This document shows, piece by piece, positions 56,067 through 64,000 of a stretch of DNA of 64,000 bases. The notes below the pieces were generated by a model, which was not told where the DNA came from, searched no databases, and saw only the letters and a program-made list of their open reading frames with translations. The stretch is taken from the IMG/VR virus record IMGVR_UViG_3300009709_000002, positions 296,228 through 360,227 of that record. One strand, 5' to 3'. Position 1 is the first letter of the stretch. Every line of letters begins with the position of its first letter. The position numbers and the translations under genes were made by a program. The DNA comes from a virus (lineage: Duplodnaviria; Heunggongvirae; Uroviricota; Caudoviricetes).

Positions 56067-56140
56067 TGGTAGTCCGTTACGGAATCGAACCGTCTTCATT
56101 CGCTAATCGGGCGAAGACCTTACCAATAGATGACCGGACC
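56067..56140 (-). tRNA. tRNA-Ile (GAU)-like
   Basis: Stem ttcgc/gcgaa; loop ccGATta; CCA. Confidence 0.5.
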
Positions 56141-56225
56141 ATTGTAGTACTAGAGTTAAAGTCGAAAAGAGAAATTTTACGTGCTCGGCCATTGAGCTAC
56201 AGCGCCATTAAATCAACTACAAGTT

Positions 56226-56300
56226 TGGCGACGCTGGCTGGGATTCGAACCCTGCATCCACGCGATTCGGAGTCGGAGTAACTCTTCTCTACGCAACTAA
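56226..56300 (-). ncRNA. tRNA 3'-half-like fragment (T-arm plus acceptor plus CCA, no 5' half found)
   Basis: cagggttcgaatccc...gtcgCCA with no complementary 5' acceptor. Confidence 0.3.
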
Positions 56301-56303
56301 TAC

Positions 56304-56378
56304 TGGCGCCGCGGAGGGGGAATGATCCCCTACTTCATCCGTGACAGGGATGCATGCAGACCACTACATCACCGCGGC
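56304..56378 (-). tRNA. tRNA-Asp (GUC)
   Basis: Perfect acceptor gccgcgg/ccgcggc plus gCCA; stem catcc/ggatg; loop ctGTCac. Confidence 0.75.
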
Positions 56379-56388
56379 AAAATAATTC

Positions 56389-56465
56389 TGGTCCCTGCGC
56401 TTGGACTCGAACCAAGGACCTATGCGTTATCAACACATTGCTCTAACCAGCTGAGCTACGCAGGG
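56389..56465 (-). tRNA. tRNA-Ile (GAU)
   Basis: Canonical D-arm tagctcagctggttagagc; loop ttGATaa; aCCA. Confidence 0.8.
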
Positions 56466-56744
56466 ATTTTATGAAGCACTCATACAATTCCGTCGTGTCA
56501 TCAGGGTGCGCTTCAAGTTACACCAATATGAATGAGATGATGAGTCCCTAACTGTTAACCAAGTCGACGTTGCATAATACTCATCGGAAATATGCAGGCC
56601 CATAGGCTCTGTTACAGCCCAGCCGAAGCCGGTAAAACTAGTAAGTTTCTGCTCCACGACCTGGGAACGATCCAGGCTAATCGTGATTAACAGTCACGCG
56701 GTTGCCACCAAGGCGCCTCTCGTGGAGCAGAAACTTCTAATCTT

Positions 56745-56819
56745 TGGTACCCGCAGTTGGTATCGAGCCAACCTCTGAGCCTTATCAAGACTCTGCTAAT
56801 CCGTCTCAGCTATACGGGC
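56745..56819 (-). tRNA. tRNA, loop ttGATaa (Ile-GAU-like), atypical D-arm
   Basis: T-arm gttgg-ctcgata-ccaac; aCCA. Confidence 0.5.
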
Positions 56820-56830
56820 ATTGTACTAAT

Positions 56831-56908
56831 TGGCTCCGGTTCAGGGAATCGAACCCCGCTCTATGCGCATTAACAGTGCGCCGCTTACACCTTGCTTGCT
56901 CAACCGGA
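56831..56908 (-). tRNA. tRNA-Asn (GUU)-like, atypical D-arm
   Basis: Perfect acceptor tccggtt/aaccgga plus gCCA; stem gcgca/tgcgc; loop ctGTTaa. Confidence 0.55.
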
Positions 56909-56975
56909 ATCGGTCGCCGAGAATTTTATACTTGATAGCTCGGCAGTCAAGTCGTGGCAGCTTCTACCACTGTTT

Positions 56976-57047
56976 TGGACCCACCGGACAGAGTCGAACT
57001 GTCTACATCTCGTTCGTAGCGAGTTGGCCTAATCCCTAGGCGGTGAG
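56976..57047 (-). tRNA. tRNA-Arg (ACG)
   Basis: Loop ctACGaa; T-arm gacag-ttcgact-ctgtc; tCCA. Confidence 0.6.
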
Positions 57048-57052
57048 ATACT

Positions 57053-57130
57053 TGGTGGGTGCGCTGGGATTCGAACCCAGGTCAGCCGGATTAAGAGTCC
57101 GGTATAATAAAGCCGCTATACGACACACCC
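57053..57130 (-). tRNA. tRNA-Lys (CUU)
   Basis: Stem ccgga/tccgg; loop ctCTTaa; aCCA. Confidence 0.6.
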
Positions 57131-57141
57131 AAAATAAAACT

Positions 57142-57215
57142 TGGTGGGACTGGAGGGTACTGGCCCCTCTTCTACGAGGTAAAAGCTCGTTGCTTCACTT
57201 TAAAGCTTCAATCCC
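57142..57215 (-). tRNA. tRNA-Lys (UUU), unusual T-loop
   Basis: D-arm gctt-taaagtg-aagc; stem acgag/ctcgt; loop ctTTTac; aCCA. Confidence 0.6.
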
Positions 57216-57226
57216 ATTCTACATCT

Positions 57227-57302
57227 TGGCGGGGGTGCTAGGTTTCGAACCTAATCCTAGTGAGTCAGAGTCACTCATGCAAACCAATTACACCTCACCC
57301 CT
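57227..57302 (-). tRNA. tRNA-Gln (CUG)
   Basis: Stem agtga/tcact; loop ctCTGac; gCCA. Confidence 0.55.
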
Positions 57303-57313
57303 ACTGTACTTCT

Positions 57314-57388
57314 TGGTAGTCCTCCAGGGAATCGAACCCTGTCACCTGCGGTCAAAGCGCAGTATCTGCTCCAATCGATTTGAGGACA
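57314..57388 (-). tRNA. tRNA-Gln (UUG)
   Basis: Stem ctgcg/cgcag; loop ctTTGac; T-arm caggg-ttcgatt-ccctg. Confidence 0.6.
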
Positions 57389-57390
57389 GG

Positions 57391-57462
57391 TGCCGCCGAT
57401 TGGTAACGATCCAACCTCTTGGGTGTTTCAAACCCACGCTAATCCATCTCAGCTACCGCGGC
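57391..57462 (-). tRNA. tRNA-Phe (GAA)-like; no encoded CCA; unusual T-loop
   Basis: Acceptor gccgcgg/cggcggc; stem tgggt/accca; loop ttGAAac. Confidence 0.5.
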
Positions 57463-57474
57463 ATCTATAAATCT

Positions 57475-57551
57475 TGGGGTGAATGAGGGGAATCGAACCC
57501 CCACCGAGATGTTCACAGCATCCCATGCAGAACCACTACACTACATCCACC
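57475..57551 (-). tRNA. tRNA-His (GUG) with encoded G-1
   Basis: Loop ctGTGaa; extra 5' G before acceptor gtggatg/cattcac; cCCA. Confidence 0.65.
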
Positions 57552-57586
57552 ATTGAAGTAGAGCCCGAAGACTCTACCTTGAAACT

Positions 57587-57901
57587 TTACACCTTGTCTG
57601 GATACTTTTCATCCAGCCAGTCGATATAAGCTAGAGGGCTCATACCTGGCTCACAGTTGTGAATCTTTGTGAAGCCATTTTCCTTTGTGATCAACGATTC
57701 AGTTCCTGGAACTGCACCGCGATATTTCTGTCCGTACTGGCCTTCAATTTGACCAGTTGCTGGATTTAAATCTCCCCAGAAAGCCTTCTTACCTGCGAGA
57801 GGTTCTACGAAATAAGTCTTACCAGTGCGCTGCGATACAACGATAAAGCGGCCGGTTTCATCTGTATTTGTGAGAAACCTTGCCCGTAGGTCGGGGTCCA
57901 T
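57587..57901 (-). CDS. hypothetical protein
   Basis: ORF track. Confidence 0.45.
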   Translation of the reverse strand: MDPDLRARFLTNTDETGRFIVVSQRTGKTYFVEPLAGKKAFWGDLNPATGQIEGQYGQKYRGAVPGTESLITKENGFTKIHNCEPGMSPLAYIDWLDEKYPDKV

Positions 57902-57929
57902 ATCAAGTCCTATTCAAGTTAAGTACAGC

Positions 57930-58005
57930 TGGTGCAGCCTCCCGGTTTCGATCCGGGCTTTCTACCTTTTCAGAGTAGCACTTTCACCAGATTAGTTTAG
58001 GCTGC
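57930..58005 (-). tRNA. tRNA-Phe (GAA)-like
   Basis: Perfect acceptor gcagcct/aggctgc plus aCCA; T-arm cccgg-atcgaaa-ccggg; loop ctGAAaa. Confidence 0.55.
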
Positions 58006-58024
58006 ATTCATTACATCTACTACT

Positions 58025-58099
58025 TGGCATCGATGAGGGGAGTCGAACCCCCGTTTCCAGATTGAAAGTCTAGCGTCCTAACCATTAGACGACATCGAT
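58025..58099 (-). tRNA. tRNA-Glu (UUC)
   Basis: Perfect acceptor atcgatg/catcgat plus gCCA; loop ctTTCaa. Confidence 0.7.
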
Positions 58100-58113
58100 A
58101 TTGTTAGACAATA

Positions 58114-58189
58114 TGGAGTCTCCAGCCGGGCTCGAACCGTGCATTCCAACCTTGAAAGGGTTGTGTCCTGACCTTTAGACGATGGAGAC
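58114..58189 (-). tRNA. tRNA-Glu (UUC), tandem duplicate
   Basis: Perfect acceptor gtctcca/tggagac; stem caacc/ggttg; loop ctTTCaa. Confidence 0.7.
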
Positions 58190-58221
58190 GTTGTAACTAA
58201 ATCCGGCCCCGGAAATCAATC

Positions 58222-58249
58222 AGGGGAACCATTTTAGTGGTTCCCCTGC
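58222..58249. terminator. 11-bp hairpin caggggaacca-ttttag-tggttcccctg at the upstream edge of the tRNA cluster
   Basis: Perfect inverted repeat. Confidence 0.35.
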
Positions 58250-58273
58250 TTTACGATTCACGAAGATTAGAAC

Positions 58274-58507
58274 TTAGTTCTTAACCTCTCGTTCGCCGAA
58301 AGCAAGGGACATATCATCACGAATCTCAACCTCATTATTCTTTCGAATAAAGGTCTGTGTTGGCTGTTGATGCCATTTCACAGAGGGTTGAGGGAAATTC
58401 GTAAACATGATAGTCAATGTCCTTTCGGTTAATTTGATGAATCTATTTATAAAGCAGGTGGAAAACACCACCAAAATCATGGACGGATCGGTAAGGAATT
58501 GAACCAA
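58274..58507 (-). CDS. hypothetical small protein
   Basis: ORF track. Confidence 0.35.
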   Translation of the reverse strand: MVQFLTDPSMILVVFSTCFINRFIKLTERTLTIMFTNFPQPSVKWHQQPTQTFIRKNNEVEIRDDMSLAFGEREVKN

Positions 58508-58907
58508 ATCTTCCTAAGAGGTTCCGTCAAAACGACTATGTCTTAGGCGTGCACCGTACACTAACAATCCGTTGTAGCAACTGCTATATTGCTTAGCAGT
58601 TACTGTAGGATGATTATAAACTAACTATCCGAGAGTGTAAATTTTATTTTGCAACTTTTTACTTCAGACCTGGCAGCTGGTTGGTCAACACCCAGGCGTG
58701 AATTTTAGAAGAATGAACGTTCACCAACCTTTCATCCAGCGATATGGGTCTATGAGATAGAAGACCAATCACCAATAACTTCTCAACTTTCGCTGAGTAT
58801 CCCATCCCGAAGTACTCGGTTCTTATCGAACCGTTCGGTGTATCCAGAAATGATATAGTAACACCAGTTGCTCAAGATGTAAAATACTTTTTGCAACTTT
58901 TCCAGCA

Positions 58908-59172
58908 TCAATCTGAGACGATTTCGAAGCCTTCAGGCAGCTCTTCTTCATGATCTTCGATCAACTGCCAACCAACGTTCTTTTTACCAAGAACTTTCAG
59001 CTCATGCGTTTTGATCGGTGGCCGACCGAACCTGGTTTGCTCAACTTCTTCAATCGACCTAGCTAGGATGTTGTCACCAAAGTAGAACTTGTAGAGCTGG
59101 CCAAAACGATCAATGCCGTACAAGCCGTCTCCAGCGGAGACCATCTGCACTACTTCTGAGACCATGCTCATT
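58908..59172 (-). CDS. hypothetical protein (start MSMVSEV)
   Basis: CAGGGAGCAAGAA RBS. Confidence 0.45.
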
Positions 59173-59428
59173 TCTTGCTCCCTGGTGGAGTAAGATTGGT
59201 GAACACCGTGATCGAACCATCTTGGTTGATCTGGCACTTTTGTGCCGGTGGTGTCAGCTGGTATTGTGACTCTAATGGTTCAACCCGACCATCATTGTAG
59301 ATTGTGACAGTAGTTAGAGTGCCGAGCTGATTGCAGGTGACTCCGTTGCCGTAGTCATAGCGCCCGTCGCCATTGCGTGAATTACAGGCTGCTAGAAAGA
59401 TCACAGCCAAAATGAGAAACTTCTTCAT
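59168..59428 (-). CDS. putative lipoprotein
   Basis: Signal peptide MKKFLILAVIFLAAC with lipobox. Confidence 0.55.
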   Translation of the reverse strand: MKKFLILAVIFLAACNSRNGDGRYDYGNGVTCNQLGTLTTVTIYNDGRVEPLESQYQLTPPAQKCQINQDGSITVFTNLTPPGSKK

Positions 59429-59919
59429 TCTTATCCTTAGAAGATGGTGTAGTCTGGCGTCGCGTCTTGCAGCTTGTATGAGCTATGACCCGTAGACCTT
59501 GGACCATAGTCACACTCATATGCGATCCACAGCAAGAATGTAGAAAACACGATGAACACTGCGATTAACGCCTTCATCAGAAATCTCTAGGACCAGGAAG
59601 CTGCATCATGGCGTCAGCATTCAATGCACCGATCAAGAACATGATCACCGACGGCAGAATGTATTGTGGTAGGGAAATAGCCGTGAGCAACGCAAAGCTA
59701 TCGCCAAGAGCGAGCATGCAAGCTAGTCGTATCATATCCAGCTGAAGATCCACTTGAGAGTTTTCTTCAAGATGCTCGGCATGTATGGCAGCTCATAGTC
59801 AGTGATGTCTCGCTGAACGTGATATTTCTCTGTCACAGGCAAGAATGTCATGCTAGTAACTTCTCTAGCTGATCTTCCAGTTGCGATAGGCTGTGCAACC
59901 ATCCGAGCATCTTTCATGA

Positions 59920-60294
59920 TTAGCCCTTGTAGCTAGCAGCGATCATTTCGAATTGCTTCTTCCACGGCCAATCATTCTTGAAGAAGGCCTTGAAGCTTTG
60001 GTGATCGAGGTTGATCTTTTCATCGACAGACATCTCGAACATCTCGATCATTTCCGTGAATTCCGTCTCGTGATTTTGCGGCGGATTGATGCCGAGCGAG
60101 GTGATCTGCACGAGCTGTGCGTCAGTCGCAGCATTGACTTCCTTGGTCTTTGCCTTCAGATCACGAAGCACCTTGGCGCGAAAGTCTTGAACAGCCTCGG
60201 CGTACTCAGCTTGGTGAATGGCGAGGTTTTCCTTGAGCGCGGTGATGAGATCAAGGCGAAGGACGTTGACAGAACGTTGATTGTGATTTAGCAT
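59920..60294 (-). CDS. hypothetical protein
   Basis: ORF track. Confidence 0.45.
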   Translation of the reverse strand: MLNHNQRSVNVLRLDLITALKENLAIHQAEYAEAVQDFRAKVLRDLKAKTKEVNAATDAQLVQITSLGINPPQNHETEFTEMIEMFEMSVDEKINLDHQSFKAFFKNDWPWKKQFEMIAASYKG

Positions 60295-61109
60295 TATTTC
60301 GATGCGGAAAGTTGGTTAAAATTGAGGAACGGCATTTGTTCACCGCTGTACTGCGACGGCAGAACACCATTCCACTTCTTGATCGCTTCAAGCGCGATGA
60401 ACTTGTCACCACCTTGATTTTCAACGGCTTGTGCCTGGATCGCGATCGCCTTAGCGTTACCTTCAGCTTCAACGACCTTCTGCTCGGTGGAGATCTTTGC
60501 AGTTTCGAGAGCTTGTTCAGCTGTCAAGCGGTTCTGACCAGCCACGACCTTGCGACGAACTGCGTCAGCAAATTGCGGATCGAAGTGGAAGTTTTGGACG
60601 TTAATGTCCGACACGATGATGTGGTACTTCGACAGCTTTGTCTGCAGCGTTGAAACGATGTCGGCCGAAACTGCTGCACGCTTCGTGACGAGCTCTTCAG
60701 CCGTGTACTTCGCCGTCACACCCTTGAATGATTCATACAGCGCCGGGACGATGAACTTCGTCTCGATATCTGCGTCATCACCGAAGTTGTTGTAGATGTA
60801 CGGAGCTTGAGTAGGATCATACTCATAGTTCACCGAGATATCTTCAAACACTTCTTGAAGGTCAGACGTACCGCCTTCTGCTCGTGGAGCTTGAGCACTT
60901 TGGAAACGGACGTTGAAATCCTTGACGACGGCCAGCGGATTCAGGAAGTGCAGACCTTCAGATAGAGGGACACTTTGTACATCACCGAACAGCTTAACAA
61001 CACCGCGGTGACCTGCAGGAACGACGTGAACAGCGGTGAAAATGCCGAACAAGAGAGCAGCGCTTGCTACTGCACCAGCGATGATATTTTTGTTAAACGG
61101 AGACGCCAT
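60294..61109 (-). CDS. SPFH (band-7/prohibitin/HflKC-like) domain membrane protein
   Basis: N-terminal TM helix then VPAGHRGVVKLFG SPFH signature. Confidence 0.65.
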   Translation of the reverse strand: MASPFNKNIIAGAVASAALLFGIFTAVHVVPAGHRGVVKLFGDVQSVPLSEGLHFLNPLAVVKDFNVRFQSAQAPRAEGGTSDLQEVFEDISVNYEYDPTQAPYIYNNFGDDADIETKFIVPALYESFKGVTAKYTAEELVTKRAAVSADIVSTLQTKLSKYHIIVSDINVQNFHFDPQFADAVRRKVVAGQNRLTAEQALETAKISTEQKVVEAEGNAKAIAIQAQAVENQGGDKFIALEAIKKWNGVLPSQYSGEQMPFLNFNQLSASK

Positions 61110-61262
61110 GTGGATGTACCTATTGGTTGTTTTGGTATGGACATATTATCATGACGTTTTGTTTGAGTATATTTTAATTGTAGGATTACTCATCACACAT
61201 GCAACAAGGCCACTAGCGTCAACTAGTGGCCTTGAGAACTACTTTGAAGCTAGGTGATCGTG

Positions 61263-62444
61263 TTAACCGTCGTCACGAAGCAAGAATGCTTCCATCGCAC
61301 GTTGGCACGCCGAAATTCTTGCAGCTTGCAAGAGAATACCAACATGAGGTCCTTGCTCACCAGGAGCTACTACATCAGCTGTTATCAGAGCCGCGATTTT
61401 TGCCGAATACAACACCAAATCTGATGTCATTTCAGGAACTTCGCCAAGCAATTCATACAGCAAGAGCGGATTCAGGTTAGTGAACCAGACCGGAGTGCGC
61501 CAGACGCCGATGAACTTCAACGTCTTGTGAAGACCGACAGCAGTCATGCCGTTCGCCAGCTCGTCACCGATGCTGATGAGCATGTTCGCATCATTGATCG
61601 CGCTGCTCTGCATCTTGATGTCGGCGAAATCAGCATTGCGATTGAACGCCGAGATCACCGCAAGCATACACGAAACAAACTCGGACTCCGACAGCTCATC
61701 TTCATGATCTTCGATAAGCTGAATCGAGTCGAAGATCATAGCAATCCGCGAGTATTTCATGTCACCAAGCCACTTCTTGAAGAAGCTCACGGTCCGCACG
61801 GCGTCGACCAAGAACAGCGTGTGGAAGAAATTCATCGGGTGCGGTTCAATGAACGCACGGGTGATTTCTTTCCAGTAGCGCTCGTGAGAAACTTCATCGA
61901 GCTCACCAGATTTGATGACTTCCTTGCAAAGCTCGATCGTGTCTGGTGCGATCGTGAAGTCGAATCTGGCAGCGAAACGTGCAAGCCGCAAGACACGCAG
62001 CGGATCTTCCGAGAAAGCTTCCGATGTGTGTCGCAAAATGCCGCTATGGAGATCATCTTCACCACCGAACGGGTCGATCAGTGTGGTCAAACCTTTGTTG
62101 GGAGCTGGGATGATCGTTCCATCTTGCTTCACGACGGAAACTTCATACGCCATCGCGTTGATAGTCAAGTCGCGGCGGCGCAGATCATCTTCAATCGTCA
62201 CGCTCGAGTCAAAAGCCGTCTCGAAGCCGTGATAGCCGACGCCGACCTTGCGTTCAACACGAGCCAACGCCCATTCATCGCCAGTTGTAGGGTGAAGGAA
62301 CACTGGGAAATCTGCACCAACCTGCTTGAAGCCGAAGCTCACCATTTCTTCAGGTGTCGAGCCGACAACGACATAGTCGACGTCTTTCGGCTTGCGGGAC
62401 AACAGCATGTCCCGCACAGCTCCACCAACAACATATACTTTCAT
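61263..62444 (-). CDS. cca: tRNA nucleotidyltransferase (CCA-adding enzyme), class II
   Basis: GGAVRDMLL...DVDYVV head motif and RRRDLTINA motif B. Confidence 0.8.
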   Translation of the reverse strand: MKVYVVGGAVRDMLLSRKPKDVDYVVVGSTPEEMVSFGFKQVGADFPVFLHPTTGDEWALARVERKVGVGYHGFETAFDSSVTIEDDLRRRDLTINAMAYEVSVVKQDGTIIPAPNKGLTTLIDPFGGEDDLHSGILRHTSEAFSEDPLRVLRLARFAARFDFTIAPDTIELCKEVIKSGELDEVSHERYWKEITRAFIEPHPMNFFHTLFLVDAVRTVSFFKKWLGDMKYSRIAMIFDSIQLIEDHEDELSESEFVSCMLAVISAFNRNADFADIKMQSSAINDANMLISIGDELANGMTAVGLHKTLKFIGVWRTPVWFTNLNPLLLYELLGEVPEMTSDLVLYSAKIAALITADVVAPGEQGPHVGILLQAARISACQRAMEAFLLRDDG

Positions 62445-63049
62445 TGCGAAACTCCTTGGATGGGGTCGAGTTCTTTCGGTTCCCAGTCTTTGATGCGGAT
62501 TTCTTGCCAGGTGATGTGATTCTTGATCTTGCGGATTGTTTCTTCAAAGGCTTCGGCCCGCTTGTTGTTCATGTGCTTGATCACCATCTTCTTGCGCAGA
62601 GCATCACGTTCTTCACCCTCAGGTGCAGCGTAAAGCTCCCGGTGTTCTTTTTCATTGAAGTAGTAATCACCACGCTCTTTCTTGCCGAGACCGTTGGTGT
62701 ACTGGATGTGCCAGTTGATCTCGACATCCTCGACTTTATGCGAGCACCAGATGTGGTAGCCGCGACCATGCCGACCTGCAGGCCGCCATTCATTGAGGTA
62801 GATGTGTGTTTCATCACCGCGAACCATGACGCACATAGCCGTGAGCTCTTGAATTTTTTCATGACACCGTTTGATGTCATGGTCGATCAGGTCTTTCGAC
62901 TGCTCGAAGGGCAGGTGGTCTGCACCGTAGCAAACACCATTGAAGAAGCCGTGCTCTACATCATAACCGTGCTTTGAGAGCTTGCCGTTCGGCAGCTTTT
63001 GGCGCGATCCGCAGACCTGGCAGATTCCGTAGTGAGTAGCTTTAGCCAT
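62441..63049 (-). CDS. hypothetical protein (Cys/His-rich)
   Basis: Early promoter at 63083-63112. Confidence 0.5.
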   Translation of the reverse strand: MAKATHYGICQVCGSRQKLPNGKLSKHGYDVEHGFFNGVCYGADHLPFEQSKDLIDHDIKRCHEKIQELTAMCVMVRGDETHIYLNEWRPAGRHGRGYHIWCSHKVEDVEINWHIQYTNGLGKKERGDYYFNEKEHRELYAAPEGEERDALRKKMVIKHMNNKRAEAFEETIRKIKNHITWQEIRIKDWEPKELDPIQGVSQ

Positions 63050-63082
63050 GGTTTTGTTTTACTTGGTGGTTGACGTTAGATT

Positions 63083-63112
63083 ATTATAACATCAACAACC
63101 ACTAAAGTAAAC
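63083..63112 (-). promoter_or_regulatory. T4-early-type promoter
   Basis: GTTTAC...TGtTATAAT. Confidence 0.55.
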
Positions 63113-63164
63113 ACTTTGCGTGGCTAGAGTGGTAAAAGATGGTAGTTTTGAGCTAGAATTGAAG

Positions 63165-63395
63165 CTATCTGAGAAAACGCTTCATCTTTTTGATCTCGCT
63201 TGCAACTTTGAGAGCTCCGGTTCGAGCGACCGGTGCACATTCATCAGCAACTCTCACAGCTAGCTCTTCACACTCATCATAAGCGGTCACCCGCATCAGC
63301 TTGAGGTGAAACTTCATCATGTTTTCTTTCTCCTCATCGGACGCTGCTCTAAATTCATCCGAGAGCACGAGCTTGACCAAGTCATCGTAGTACAT
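63165..63395 (-). CDS. hypothetical small protein
   Basis: Early promoter at 63437-63467. Confidence 0.45.
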   Translation of the reverse strand: MYYDDLVKLVLSDEFRAASDEEKENMMKFHLKLMRVTAYDECEELAVRVADECAPVARTGALKVASEIKKMKRFLR

Positions 63396-63436
63396 GATGG
63401 TAGTCTCTATTAGAAGTATGTTGAGGCCATAGTTCT

Positions 63437-63467
63437 AATTATATCACAAAAGCCACTAAAGGTAAAC
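63437..63467 (-). promoter_or_regulatory. T4-early-type promoter
   Basis: GTTTACC...TATAAT. Confidence 0.5.
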
Positions 63468-63509
63468 CCTTAGTGGCTTTCACTGCCAGACCATGCCGGC
63501 GAGTGGATG

Positions 63510-63905
63510 TTACTTGGTTTGTGCCGTGGCGTACACCAGCTGGCCTTGTGCGTTCTTTTCAGCACCGGCGACCACCGGGCCTTGGGACACTTGAATTTGG
63601 GCATCGGTCTCTCCCTTCTTGCGCGGACGAACTTCGCACTTCATGCCCGCGGCAACCATCGCGGCGTAGACATCCTCATCTACCATGCACTTCACGTTGA
63701 CAGCGGCCTGGACGACCTGAGCGCGTTCGACCGGATCGGTGATGACGGTCGTTTGCTTCATCAGCTCGTTCGACATCGACATCAGCACGCAGGAGTGGAG
63801 TTCCACACCGCCGCCGAGGCCAGCCGAAAAGCCAGGACCAGCGACGTAACCCTGCATCGTGTTGCCGCAGTTGTACGAGCTGAAACCGGAGCCGTAGGCG
63901 CCCAT
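63510..63905 (-). CDS. hypothetical Gly-rich protein (GC-rich block; may extend past window end)
   Basis: ORF track. Confidence 0.35.
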   Translation of the reverse strand: MGAYGSGFSSYNCGNTMQGYVAGPGFSAGLGGGVELHSCVLMSMSNELMKQTTVITDPVERAQVVQAAVNVKCMVDEDVYAAMVAAGMKCEVRPRKKGETDAQIQVSQGPVVAGAEKNAQGQLVYATAQTK

Positions 63906-64000
63906 GCCAGGAGCCGAAACGTTTGCTACGGTTTGGTGCGTGTCCGACGGTGATGCGGCGCTGTTGAACGTGATGTTCTGAGCGTTGCCGGCGTTTTGCG

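Noticed and set aside
58465-58545. Possible extra tRNA (ggaattgaacc T-loop-like)
   Set aside because: No complementary acceptor stem could be built; probably coincidental.
61527-62519. 330-aa plus-strand ORF, and 62354..62977
   Set aside because: Fully antisense to the cca gene and its neighbour; cca has clear catalytic motifs, so this is judged a shadow ORF.
1-64000. CRISPR arrays, integrase or transposase genes
   Set aside because: No spaced direct-repeat array was found, and no integrase or transposase signatures were recognised; the only mobile-element-like gene is the HNH endonuclease.

Overview
The window looks like a piece of a large, T4-like lytic phage genome, with nearly all genes on the minus strand. 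Thirteen copies of a T4-early-type promoter (GTTTAC, 17-nt spacer, TGnTATAAT) precede minus-strand genes. Several features stand out. (1) A tandem array of at least 21 paralogous ~190-235-aa genes (254-10229, plus copies at 39.5 kb and 50.2-52.0 kb) with LRR-like internal motifs and an invariant C-terminal CQxELIDAGFEE(W/F/Y)AKL. (2) A second array of 15 small genes (17.8-23.9 kb) with unrelated N-terminal bodies but a shared C-terminal EVLPTSFKKxRPIE motif. (3) A cluster of about 30 tRNA genes (52.5-58.2 kb) with apparently tandem-duplicated isoacceptors, plus solitary tRNAs and one 124-nt tRNA-like gene. (4) A domain-1-less RF1-type release factor gene whose reading frame continues through an in-frame TGA that aligns with a conserved Trp. 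(5) Accessory enzymes: CCA-adding enzyme, SPFH protein, NADAR protein, HAD 5'-nucleotidase, ATP-grasp, GNAT, HNH endonuclease and a nucleoside 2-deoxyribosyltransferase-like protein. The window also contains repeat-rich intergenic regions and conserved RBS-sequestering hairpins. tRNA anticodons were folded by eye and are tentative. Most plus-strand ORFs in the supplied track are antisense artefacts.
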